Assembly (NCBI GenBank): GCA_044433085.1
Contig: JAWXTZ010000001.1
Location: 53,918-117,917, forward strand
From: Akkermansia sp.
GTDB taxonomy: Bacteria; Verrucomicrobiota; Verrucomicrobiia; Verrucomicrobiales; Akkermansiaceae
Reading direction: 5' to 3'
Length of the DNA: 64,000 nucleotides
This document shows positions 18,221 through 27,041 of the stretch, piece by piece. The notes under the pieces were generated by a model. The model was given only the letters and a program-made list of their open reading frames with translations. It made no database searches and was not told the DNA's origin. A program made the translations under genes and the position numbers. Each line of letters opens with the position of its first letter. Within the stretch, counting starts at the first letter, position 1.

Positions 18221-19216
18221 TTAAAAACTTGCGGGTGGGCTGACGCGACGTGCGTAGGTGCGCGTGTAGCGTCGGAAAAATTCGTCAAGTTTTGGGGCGG
18301 GGCGACGTCCCAAGCGCACTTGGTTGATGACGCCCATGCCTTCTTCCGTCACCACGGTGACAGAGATGTTGGCAGCGGTGATGTGACCATTCTCCAGCTT
18401 CTTGCTGCTGACGAGAATGCGATCACCAAAAATTTCGATATCCGATCGCGAGTTCTTGGTGCTGATGACGGGCACGGTGACTGTTTCGTACGCAGCGCGA
18501 CCTTGGGAGCTGCTGTTGTTGGAGGCGTAGGCGATGGTCAGGATGAGGTTGAATTCAATGATGTTTTCGCAGAGGAAGTGCTTTTCATCATCTCGTTCAA
18601 AGGAGCTGTAGGCTGCTTCCAAGTTGTCTTTGCCCAGCATCTTTTCGTAGGCCTCGCGCGGGGAGATGAGTTGGCGATAGAGGGAGAAGAGCGGGTAGAT
18701 GCCTTGGCTTTTGCGTGCGCTGGAGCCCGGTATGTTGAGGATTTGGTCGCGGAAGAGCAGGCGGTAACCCACGGCATTGACATCCCCTTGGGTATCGGTG
18801 TTGTGGGAGCGGGCGGTGCGGTAGTTAGAGCGCAAGCTGTCGCTGCTGCCCACGGCTGTGTTGCGGTCAAAGGCGGAGGTGAAGAAGACGCATTGGGTGG
18901 ACATGGGGATGCGCAGACCCTTGAGCGATTGGCTCACCCTACTATCACCCTTGGCAAAAAACCATTGGTCTTGGTTGTCCCCAAGGCGAACTTGCATGGA
19001 TTCAATGTCGTTGGCGACGGTTCGTAGGGCAATGCGAGCACGCGAGCTGGTGTTCACTTCGTCAGTGATGGTCTTCCAAATTTCGAGCCCCTTAGAGGTC
19101 AGCTGCATGATGATGAGGACCAGCATGCTGGTGATGACCATTGCGACAAGCAGTTCCAACAAGGTGAAACCGCTGCGGCGGGCGATGGGGTGCGTGGTGG
19201 GATGATGGCTTTTCAT
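18221..19216 (-). CDS. Type IV pilin-like minor (pseudo)pilin, PulJ / Verru_Chthon C-like
   Basis: Prepilin cleavage motif RRSG|FTLLELLVAM. Confidence 0.85.
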   Translation of the reverse strand: MKSHHPTTHPIARRSGFTLLELLVAMVITSMLVLIIMQLTSKGLEIWKTITDEVNTSSRARIALRTVANDIESMQVRLGDNQDQWFFAKGDSRVSQSLKGLRIPMSTQCVFFTSAFDRNTAVGSSDSLRSNYRTARSHNTDTQGDVNAVGYRLLFRDQILNIPGSSARKSQGIYPLFSLYRQLISPREAYEKMLGKDNLEAAYSSFERDDEKHFLCENIIEFNLILTIAYASNNSSSQGRAAYETVTVPVISTKNSRSDIEIFGDRILVSSKKLENGHITAANISVTVVTEEGMGVINQVRLGRRPAPKLDEFFRRYTRTYARRVSPPASF

Positions 19217-19260
19217 CTTAATAGCTTGATTGATACAAAGTTGCTGGGGGTAAAATCACC

Positions 19261-20013
19261 TTATCGGCGGATGGACATGTTGGTGGTAAAGGTGGGCTGG
19301 GACATCTTTTCCCAAGTCATCCTCTTGTAGCGGGCGGGGCTGGGGGGCGTCATGATGTAGAAGTCCGCTTGGAAGAAGAGAACGCCACCCCATGCATCAT
19401 CATCCTTTTCGTTTGAGACGAAGGTCTCTGGAGAGCTGGCCTCCTTGATGACGCCAGAGCGTTTGGCGAGGGTAAAGGTGCCGTTGTTGTTTTCCATGAG
19501 CTGCGTCATGCGGACAAGGAAGACGGGGCCGACCGCGTGGATGAACTCATCACGATGAATGGGGTCGGTGATGGGGCAAGCGACGGAAATGAGTGCGGTG
19601 GAGCCAGCGGGCTGTTGGCGACCTACTTTGACAGCAGGGTAGGTGCCATCCGCACGTGGGGCTTTGCTCAAGTCCGCGCGATAGGTGTAGATGACGATGG
19701 ATGTGCCGGGGCGAACAGAGCGTTTGAACCAGCTGAAGCCCTTGTCGAAGCCCGAGGTGAATTTGCTATCGGTGCTCTTGGCGGAGGATGCGGGGGCTTG
19801 CTCGTTTTTGCGCAGTGTCATCATTTCTGATTTCAGCACGCTGATGATGCGATCTGATTCTTCACGTGCGATGGCGGCCCGAATCATGTCCTTGGCGGGC
19901 AGGAAGAGGGTGAGGAAGATGCCGAGCAGCATGGCGATGAGACCAATGGCCAAAATGGTCTCCATGATGGTGAAACCTCTGCGCGTCGAAAACGTTGGGA
20001 TGGGGGCATTCAT
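19261..20013 (-). CDS. Type IV pilin-like minor (pseudo)pilin, Verru_Chthon B-like
   Basis: RRG|FTIMETILAIG prepilin motif. Confidence 0.82.
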   Translation of the reverse strand: MNAPIPTFSTRRGFTIMETILAIGLIAMLLGIFLTLFLPAKDMIRAAIAREESDRIISVLKSEMMTLRKNEQAPASSAKSTDSKFTSGFDKGFSWFKRSVRPGTSIVIYTYRADLSKAPRADGTYPAVKVGRQQPAGSTALISVACPITDPIHRDEFIHAVGPVFLVRMTQLMENNNGTFTLAKRSGVIKEASSPETFVSNEKDDDAWGGVLFFQADFYIMTPPSPARYKRMTWEKMSQPTFTTNMSIRR

Positions 20014-20036
20014 AAAAGGGGAATGGGTGGGGATGT

Positions 20037-20771
20037 TTATTGAGTGATTTGGTCAAGGGTGCGCAAGCGGCTGGTATCTCCACTGGGCCAAAGAACGATG
20101 CCCTTTGCACCGATAGGGCGTCCCTTGTTGTCGAGTTGGAGGGGCTGGATGCCCTCGTGCGCCTTGCGACCTTGCCCACGTCGGGCACTCATGACAACGA
20201 TTCGCTGGGCGCGGGTGGGGTTGAGGGGGTCAGCCATGGGGGAGACAAAGCGACCCTTTTCATCAAATTCAATATAGTAGACGCGCGTGGTGCCACGACC
20301 GGGTAAGTGCATGGAGTCCTTGCCAATCATGGTGGTGTCGCGACCATCTGTCCATTCAAGCGCACGGCTGTAGTAGGGGCTGATGTAGACTTGGGGGGGC
20401 ATGACGGAGGTTGAGACGGTGACCCATTTGCCGCTGCGCTCGATGGAAGAGCCATCGTATTCCCCCTTCACGCGGTCGGTCTTGCGGAACATCATGACGG
20501 ATGTGGCGCGCAGGTGCCCTGATTCAGCGCGGGTGTTGCGCTCGTCATCCACGATGATGATGCGGGTTGGGGTGTCGTTGCCGATGGCTGTTGTGCGTGC
20601 TTCACGGACGAGACTTTCTAGAAGTTGCACGCCCGAATCGACGCCGCGACCCTTGCCAGATTCTTGTAGGACATTGGCAGCCATCGTCATGAGTACACCC
20701 ATGATGACCATGACCACTAAGAGTTCAACTAAGGTGAAACCTTTACGATTGGAGGAAGCTGCCGTTTTCAT
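20037..20771 (-). CDS. Type IV pilin-like minor (pseudo)pilin, FimT/GspH / Verru_Chthon D-like
   Basis: RKG|FTLVELLVVM; ...EARTTAI... FimT-type motif; start MKTAASS. Confidence 0.85.
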   Translation of the reverse strand: MKTAASSNRKGFTLVELLVVMVIMGVLMTMAANVLQESGKGRGVDSGVQLLESLVREARTTAIGNDTPTRIIIVDDERNTRAESGHLRATSVMMFRKTDRVKGEYDGSSIERSGKWVTVSTSVMPPQVYISPYYSRALEWTDGRDTTMIGKDSMHLPGRGTTRVYYIEFDEKGRFVSPMADPLNPTRAQRIVVMSARRGQGRKAHEGIQPLQLDNKGRPIGAKGIVLWPSGDTSRLRTLDQITQ

Positions 20772-20845
20772 GAGAAGGAGAGAGTTAGAGGGATATCGCT
20801 CTCCTTCTATACATACCAAAAATAGACTGTTTTTTCAACCTTTTT

Positions 20846-20909
20846 TTGAGCTTAAGTTGAACTTATCTTGAACTTATCTTGAACTTATCTTGAACTTATC
20901 TTGAACTTA
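20846..20909. repeat. 11-bp tandem repeat (TTGAACTTATC)
   Basis: Four perfect units at 20857-20900, one partial at 20901-20909 and one degenerate (TTGAGCTTAAG) at 20846-20856. Confidence 0.95.
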
Positions 20910-20945
20910 CTTTTGTATCCATTGTGCCATCGTTTTGTTTTAAGA

Positions 20946-20974
20946 TTGACCAAGAATTCAATTTAGGTTAAAAT
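20946..20974 (+). promoter_or_regulatory. Sigma70-type promoter of uppP
   Basis: TTGACC-17 bp-TAAAAT, 10 nt before the ATG. Confidence 0.65.
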
Positions 20975-20984
20975 GTAGGCTCTT

Positions 20985-21860
20985 ATGACTATCTTGCAAG
21001 CCATCATCCTCGGAATTGTTGAGGGAATTACCGAATACCTGCCCGTTAGTTCAACGGGACACCTTATTATTACGCAGTACTTTTTGGGCTTGCCCGAATC
21101 GGATGCGATGAAAGCATTTTCCGTCTGTATTCAGGGCGGTGCCATCATTGCCGTGGCGGGGCTCTATTTCAGCCGAGTCAAGCAGATGTGCTTGGGCTTG
21201 CTGGGAAAGGATGCAGCAGGGCTTAAGCTTGTCATCAATTTGTTGATTGCCTTTTGCCCAGCGGTCATCATCGGCCTCACCTTGGGTGGTTTTATTAAGG
21301 ATTTGCTCTTCAATGCCACGACAGTTGCCACCACGTGGATTTTGGGTGGTATCGTCATTTTGCTCTTCACTGGGTGGCGCAAGCGCAAGGGCTTGGATGA
21401 CCAAGGCGTGGATTTGGAGGACTTAAGCCCCAAGCAGGCCTTGGGTGTTGGCCTGTTGCAATGTGTTGCGATGTGCCCTGGTGTAAGTCGCAGCTTGTCC
21501 ACCATGTTGGGTGGTTTGATGGTGGGGCTCAGCCTCAAGGCCGCCATTGAATTTAGCTTCCTGCTGGGCTTGATCACGCTCTCTGCCGCTACGGTTTGGG
21601 ATGCGATGAAGCATGGTGAAGCGATGGTGCAGGAGATTGGTGTTCAAGGCATCGTCGTCGGCACAATCGCTTCGTGGTTGAGCGCGGTCGTCGCTGTTCG
21701 TTGGCTGGTGAGCTACTTGCAGAAGCATAGCCTCAATATCTTCGGTTGGTACCGCATCGCCGCAGGTATCTTTATGTTTGCTCTCTTCTTCTCGGGTGCC
21801 CAGTTGATGGCATCGGACGAAGAGCCCGCAGCCCCAACGACACAAGAAATGTCGAAATGA
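20985..21860 (+). CDS. uppP: Undecaprenyl-diphosphatase
   Basis: GIVEGITEYLPVSSTGH, IQGGAI, PGVSRS, EFSFLL, FGWYRI. Confidence 0.97.
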   Translation: MTILQAIILGIVEGITEYLPVSSTGHLIITQYFLGLPESDAMKAFSVCIQGGAIIAVAGLYFSRVKQMCLGLLGKDAAGLKLVINLLIAFCPAVIIGLTLGGFIKDLLFNATTVATTWILGGIVILLFTGWRKRKGLDDQGVDLEDLSPKQALGVGLLQCVAMCPGVSRSLSTMLGGLMVGLSLKAAIEFSFLLGLITLSAATVWDAMKHGEAMVQEIGVQGIVVGTIASWLSAVVAVRWLVSYLQKHSLNIFGWYRIAAGIFMFALFFSGAQLMASDEEPAAPTTQEMSK

Positions 21861-21937
21861 TGCCGCTTGGGTATTTTGAGCTTTCCAAGACCTGTTGAAG
21901 AGGATAGAATAGCAGAACTTCGTCCCGACCCCCTATC

Positions 21938-23161
21938 ATGAATCTGATCAAACGTATTTTCTTTGCCATTCTGGATACCCTGTTTGCGTGGTTTACCCCC
22001 ACGTGGCGAAAGGAGGGACATGCTGTCGCTGCTGCGACATCTCGCTATCTCCACCACTTCAAGCACAAGATTGAGCAGGAGCGTTATGCCGAGCTCGCTG
22101 AGCCGCTGGCCGAATTGCGCCAAGCCCTCAATCGCTGGGATGCCGAGCATACCAAACGCCTGACTCAAGTCCTGACCATGCGCGGTGAGGGGCGTTTGGG
22201 TTTCAAACGCTCAGTCGTTGCGGAGATGGTGGAATCCATCTTTGTGATCATGGTTGTCTTTTTAGGAATACGCAGCTACTACGCGCAGCCCTTCCGCATC
22301 CCAACAGGCTCGATGCAGCCTAGCCTCAACGGTATCATTGTTCATCCTATTGATGAGGTGCCAGGTCTTGCCGAGCGCATGGTCAACATGGTATGCAAGG
22401 GGAGCTCCTATGTTGATATCGTGGCGGATAATCGCAAGACGATTGTCGGCATGAAGAGCCAGCCTAAGTACCTTCTTCTCATGGAGACGGTCATCCAATT
22501 TGATGACGGCAGCACCGAGACCGTCCCCTCAGCACCTGGTGCCGTCATGGAGTACCTGCGTGAGGTTGGCAAGTACCGCGTCGGTCCCTTTGGTGTGAGC
22601 TACGGTACCTTCGAGGCGGGCGAAACTATCATCCGAGCCCGTGCTGATGCGGGGGATATGATTATTGTCAACCGCATGGCCTACCACTTCCGCAAGCCAG
22701 AGCGAGGCGAGACCTTTGTCTTTGATACGCGCGGTATCAACACCAAGGGTGGCAGCTCCGCCATGAGCGACCAAAGTGCAGGGACGCACTACATCAAGCG
22801 ACTGGCCGCCTTGCCCGGTGACCAAATTTGCCTTCAAACACCCCAGCTCTTCATCAATGGCGAGGTGGCTAAGGAAGCAACTTTCCAACGGGTGATGAAT
22901 CGCCAAAGCCCCTACAATGAGATGGGCTACAATGGTCTGCTGAAAAAATCTCAACCCTTGGCTTATTTGCCCGCAGGTGAAACCCGCACCCTTGCTAATC
23001 CTAAGACCCCCGCTAACATGCGCGAGTATGTTGCCTTGGGCGACAACACCATTAACTCGCTCGACTCCCGCTACTGGGGGACGGTGAAACAGTTTAATGT
23101 GGTAGGGCCTGCCGCCTTTACCCTTTGGCCTTTCACTTCTCACTGGGGCATTATTCCTTAA
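21938..23161 (+). CDS. lepB: Signal peptidase I
   Basis: PFRIPTGSMQPSL (Ser), YIKRL (Lys), LGDNT.NSLDSRYWG. Confidence 0.95.
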   Translation: MNLIKRIFFAILDTLFAWFTPTWRKEGHAVAAATSRYLHHFKHKIEQERYAELAEPLAELRQALNRWDAEHTKRLTQVLTMRGEGRLGFKRSVVAEMVESIFVIMVVFLGIRSYYAQPFRIPTGSMQPSLNGIIVHPIDEVPGLAERMVNMVCKGSSYVDIVADNRKTIVGMKSQPKYLLLMETVIQFDDGSTETVPSAPGAVMEYLREVGKYRVGPFGVSYGTFEAGETIIRARADAGDMIIVNRMAYHFRKPERGETFVFDTRGINTKGGSSAMSDQSAGTHYIKRLAALPGDQICLQTPQLFINGEVAKEATFQRVMNRQSPYNEMGYNGLLKKSQPLAYLPAGETRTLANPKTPANMREYVALGDNTINSLDSRYWGTVKQFNVVGPAAFTLWPFTSHWGIIP

Positions 23162-23178
23162 CCTAAGCTTTCGACATC

Positions 23179-24078
23179 ATGGCTGAGTCCACGCAAATTA
23201 CCAAAAACGCAAAATCCAATTTGGCATTCACCCTCATTGACATGCCCGAGGAGAAACGCCGCCGCATGGCTCAGTTCTATGCCTTCTGCCGTTTGGTGGA
23301 TGATATTGTCGATGAGCCCGGTATGACGCCCGAGGAGCGCCATGCAGCACTTGATCGCTGGTTGGGCATTATTGATGGCAGTGTGGAGCCGCAAGCGGGC
23401 ATTGAAGCCGAAGTTGCTGGCTTGATTGATGAAATGAGCTTGGACTTGGAGCCCATGCAAATCCTCATCGAAGGTTGCCGTGGCGATATCGCACCCAAGC
23501 AGCCAGAAACGCGAGCGGAGCTCTTGGCCTACGCCTACAAGGTGGCCTCTTGCGTTGGCATCACCAGCGCGGCCGTCATGGGGGCCAGCCCAGCCGCGCG
23601 CGAGTATGCCATTGCCTTGGGCTATGCCTTGCAGATGGTCAACATCATCCGCGATGTGGCCGAGGATTGTGAAAAGTACGACCGCTTTTACCTGCCCAAG
23701 GATGATTTAGCCCTCTTTGGGGTGAGCAATGAGGATATTCGTGAAGGGCGTTTCAGCTATCGCGTTCGCCAGCTCTTGGCCTATGAAGCCGCGCTGGCTG
23801 ATAAGTTTTTTGCAGAATCGGAGGAGCTTTACGAGCAGTTGAGCGACGAAGATCGTGCCGCCCTCGTCCCCGCGCAGGCGATGAACCTCATTTACCATAC
23901 CATTTTGGTCAAGATGCAGGATGATGGCTATCGTGTCTTTGAGCACCGCTACCGCGTCAATAATTTTAGGAAACTGTGGTTTGTGGCACGCGCTCGCGTC
24001 GGCAATATCAAGTTTTCCAGCTTCTTCAACTTGGCGGAATGGGATTTTTTTAAATCAAATTCCGAAAACAAGGGCTAA
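23179..24078 (+). CDS. Squalene/phytoene synthase family (HpnD/CrtB-like)
   Basis: YAFCRLVDDIVD, Y..KVASCVG, LGYALQMVNIIRDVAED, RFYLP. Confidence 0.9.
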   Translation: MAESTQITKNAKSNLAFTLIDMPEEKRRRMAQFYAFCRLVDDIVDEPGMTPEERHAALDRWLGIIDGSVEPQAGIEAEVAGLIDEMSLDLEPMQILIEGCRGDIAPKQPETRAELLAYAYKVASCVGITSAAVMGASPAAREYAIALGYALQMVNIIRDVAEDCEKYDRFYLPKDDLALFGVSNEDIREGRFSYRVRQLLAYEAALADKFFAESEELYEQLSDEDRAALVPAQAMNLIYHTILVKMQDDGYRVFEHRYRVNNFRKLWFVARARVGNIKFSSFFNLAEWDFFKSNSENKG

Positions 24079-24151
24079 TCCCGCAAGTGACGCCTTGACA
24101 AAGCGCGATAATCTTGGCATGATATCCGTAGTCATTTCATTACGTTTACTC

Positions 24152-25513
24152 ATGAAGCTTCATCCTACTCATTTAAGCATTCTCGCTCTTTCTTCCACAT
24201 TGCTGCTGTGCAGCTGCGATGAGGAGAAAACCGCAGTACCCAGCCAAGCCCCCGTCTCGCAAGAGCAGCAGGCGGCGCAGTACCAACAGGATTTGGCTGC
24301 TGCCACCGACAGCGGATTTAGCCTGCTCGTGGCTGATATCGTGAAGAAATTCCCCCAACTGAAGAGTGCGGAGCAGGAAATTAAGTACGATGCTGTCGCT
24401 GTTCAGCAGCCCGATGGCTCAAGCATTGTCGATATTCGCATCCCCTTTGTCTTTGCGGAATCCCTCTACATGCAAAAGGATTTGCCCGATGAGTTGGATG
24501 CCCTGCGCCAGTCCATCAATGAGGCCGCCAACAAGGCCATGATGCCCGATGCCTCCTACTTGCTGCAAATTGGCATGCCCGTCGAAATGATGCGCGATGA
24601 AGATCGTCATGCCAAGGCCTTGCCAGACAACTTATCTGAACAGGAAAAGTCACTGCAAGCCCTTGCCAAGGGACCTGTCTACATTCCCATGCGACAAGCG
24701 GGAGATGTGCTGGAACTGGTGCTTAGCGTTCAGCTGGAACCCAGCACGGGCGATGGCGTCAAGGTGCGCAAGATTGATTATAATGAACATCAACTGGATT
24801 TCATGGCGGACTTGCTGCCCGAATCATCCCTGCCAAGTGGGGACGAAATCCAATTGTTCACCCCCGAGTGGTTGGATGCCCGCCAGAAGACCATCGGCGA
24901 AGGTGTAGCTAAGTTTAACGCCGAAGCTGCCCCTTATATCGAATCTCGTGAATCGGCTGCTCGCGCCTTGTACACCGAGCGAATGACCGCTATTCAGGAG
25001 GCGGAACGTGCGAAGCAAGATGAGGCCTTAGCTGCGGAAAAGGCAGTCTATCAAGCTGCTCAACTTTACGAAGGCATTGTGAGCACAGGGCAGGTTTTCT
25101 CTGGCGAATGGAAGCGTGATTCCCGCTTCGGTAAGCTGAGTCTGCGTGTCAGCAAGGCCGAGCTGGTTGAAAATACTATCCACTTTGTCGGCACCTTGTA
25201 CGATACCGATTTGCCAGAGGCAAGCTTGGACATCGTGGGTCGCTGCGACCTTTCGACACCTGAAGAAGGCGTATCCGTGCTCGTCAACATCTACGATGGT
25301 CAGTACGACCCCGACCAAGCCACGGCCGAGGTCTTTGATGCCCAAGATGGCGTGCTTCGCCTCAACTTGGATGCTAAGGGGCAATTGACGGGGGTCATGA
25401 CCTGCGATTCTTGGAAGAATCTTGAAGGTAAGGATTTCACCGTCACGATGACAGCACCCCTGCCTGAACCCACTGCGGAGCAGGAGGGTGAAGATATTCC
25501 AGATTTGCCCTAA
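24152..25513 (+). CDS. Hypothetical lipoprotein
   Basis: Start MKLHPTH with lipobox LLCSC; the ORF-track extension upstream overlaps the previous gene. Confidence 0.7.
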   Translation: MKLHPTHLSILALSSTLLLCSCDEEKTAVPSQAPVSQEQQAAQYQQDLAAATDSGFSLLVADIVKKFPQLKSAEQEIKYDAVAVQQPDGSSIVDIRIPFVFAESLYMQKDLPDELDALRQSINEAANKAMMPDASYLLQIGMPVEMMRDEDRHAKALPDNLSEQEKSLQALAKGPVYIPMRQAGDVLELVLSVQLEPSTGDGVKVRKIDYNEHQLDFMADLLPESSLPSGDEIQLFTPEWLDARQKTIGEGVAKFNAEAAPYIESRESAARALYTERMTAIQEAERAKQDEALAAEKAVYQAAQLYEGIVSTGQVFSGEWKRDSRFGKLSLRVSKAELVENTIHFVGTLYDTDLPEASLDIVGRCDLSTPEEGVSVLVNIYDGQYDPDQATAEVFDAQDGVLRLNLDAKGQLTGVMTCDSWKNLEGKDFTVTMTAPLPEPTAEQEGEDIPDLP

Positions 25514-25518
25514 TCGAC

Positions 25519-25547
25519 GAAAAATCATGCCCCGCGCATGATTTTTC
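25519..25547 (+). terminator. Hairpin (terminator and/or ArsR operator)
   Basis: GAAAAATCATGC-cccgc-GCATGATTTTTC directly before the arsR promoter. Confidence 0.55.
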
Positions 25548-25582
25548 TTGTTTAAACAATATCACGGTATTATTATATAGTT

Positions 25583-25927
25583 ATGCTTTGCGACAAGAAC
25601 GCCCTTCATTGCGAAAACGCCCGCCTGCTGCATGGTAAGACCTTGAGTACGGAGAAGGCTGACTCGCTAGCACTGATTTTTAAGGCTTTGAGTGAGCCTG
25701 TGCGCCTTCGGATTTTATCCTGCCTCATGCGGGGGGAACTCTGCGTGCACGACATGGCACTTCTGCTGGCGATGTCGCAGCCTGCTATCTCCAATCAGTT
25801 GCGGCAGCTGCGTCTGCATCGGCTCGTGAAATTCAGGAAGGACGGCAATCGCGTCTTTTACAGCTTGAATGACGAGCATGTTGAAGCGCTTTACCACATC
25901 GGCTTAGAACACAGCGAACATCTTTAA
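25583..25927 (+). CDS. ArsR/SmtB metalloregulator
   Basis: FKALSEPVRLRIL, ELCVHD, SQPAISNQLR.L, C-terminal DEHV...LEHSEH alpha5 site. Confidence 0.93.
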   Translation: MLCDKNALHCENARLLHGKTLSTEKADSLALIFKALSEPVRLRILSCLMRGELCVHDMALLLAMSQPAISNQLRQLRLHRLVKFRKDGNRVFYSLNDEHVEALYHIGLEHSEHL

Positions 25928-25936
25928 ACCCATCTT

Positions 25937-26992
25937 ATGTACCAATATTTCATCAATCTGCAGGAGCTCTTCATTGACATGTCTTTCTACATGGTCATCG
26001 GGCTGTTATTCACAGGTTTTTTGCATGCTTTCATCAAGGAAGCGTGGATTAAGAATCAACTGGGCGGCAAATCCGTCTCATCATCCGTCAAGGCGGCTGT
26101 CGTGGGGGTTCCCCTGCCGCTTTGCTCCTGCGGGGTTGTGCCCATGGCGGTTTATTTGCGAGAGCAGGGCGCATCCAAAGGGGCGGTGATGTCCTTTCTG
26201 ACATCCACCCCACAAACAGGTATTGATAGCCTGATTGCCAGCTACGGCATGCTGGGACCCGTCTTTGCCATCTACCGCGCGCTTGCCGCCTTCGTCTCGG
26301 GGATTATCACAGGGCTGTTGACGGAATTATTCGACAAGGAAGTGAAGCAAAAAGCATCCTGCTGCTGTTGCCACAGCAAAAAAGAAGAGCCCGTAGCCAA
26401 AACATCCTGCTGCTGCCACAGCCATGAAGCTAAAAAAACACCTTCTCAAATGGGGATAGCCGAGCGATGTGTCGAGATGTTCCGCTTTGCTTTTGTCGAG
26501 TTCTTGGATAAAATCACCGTCAATTTTATCCTCGGCTTGCTGATTGCCGCCCTCATCGCGACGCTGATTCCCGCTGACTTATTTGAGATGATTAGCAATC
26601 CATGGTGCGCGATGTTACTAGCCCTTGCCATTGGTATCCCCATGTATGTTTGCTCGACCGCATCCATCCCCATTGCATTGAGCTTGATGATGAAAGGATT
26701 TTCCCCGGGTGCTGCTTTTGTCTTTCTCTTTGCGGGACCAGCGACGAATGTCGCTTCCCTCGCGGTTTTGCTTAAGGTATTCAGCAAGAAGAGTATCGCT
26801 ATCTATCTCGCTTCTATTTCTGGCTGCGCCCTTATCTTTGGCTATGTTCTGGACCTGCTTTTTGGGGATGTGGTCAAGGCCGAGTTGGCGCAACTTCAAT
26901 GCGGCGAGGATTCCGTGCTCAAAGTGGGCGTTTCCTCTATCTTTGCCCTCCTGCTGATGTTGAGCTTGTACCGCCGTTATGTTCGCAAATGA
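25937..26992 (+). CDS. DUF318 / SO_0444-type heavy-metal permease
   Basis: GVPLPLCSCGVVP, STPQTG.DS, GIPMYVCSTASIP, GPATN; Cys/His-rich linker. Confidence 0.88.
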   Translation: MYQYFINLQELFIDMSFYMVIGLLFTGFLHAFIKEAWIKNQLGGKSVSSSVKAAVVGVPLPLCSCGVVPMAVYLREQGASKGAVMSFLTSTPQTGIDSLIASYGMLGPVFAIYRALAAFVSGIITGLLTELFDKEVKQKASCCCCHSKKEEPVAKTSCCCHSHEAKKTPSQMGIAERCVEMFRFAFVEFLDKITVNFILGLLIAALIATLIPADLFEMISNPWCAMLLALAIGIPMYVCSTASIPIALSLMMKGFSPGAAFVFLFAGPATNVASLAVLLKVFSKKSIAIYLASISGCALIFGYVLDLLFGDVVKAELAQLQCGEDSVLKVGVSSIFALLLMLSLYRRYVRK

Positions 26993-27041
26993 CGGCTTCA
27001 AGGCTTGCATCTTGGCGCCTTCGTGTTAGTCTACTCTAAAC

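Noticed and set aside
20846-20909. Possible CRISPR array
   Set aside because: Head-to-tail 11-bp units without spacers; no cas genes
23921-24151. N-terminal extension of the 530-aa ORF
   Set aside because: Overlaps the squalene synthase gene; lipoprotein signal and a TTGACA promoter fit a start at 24152
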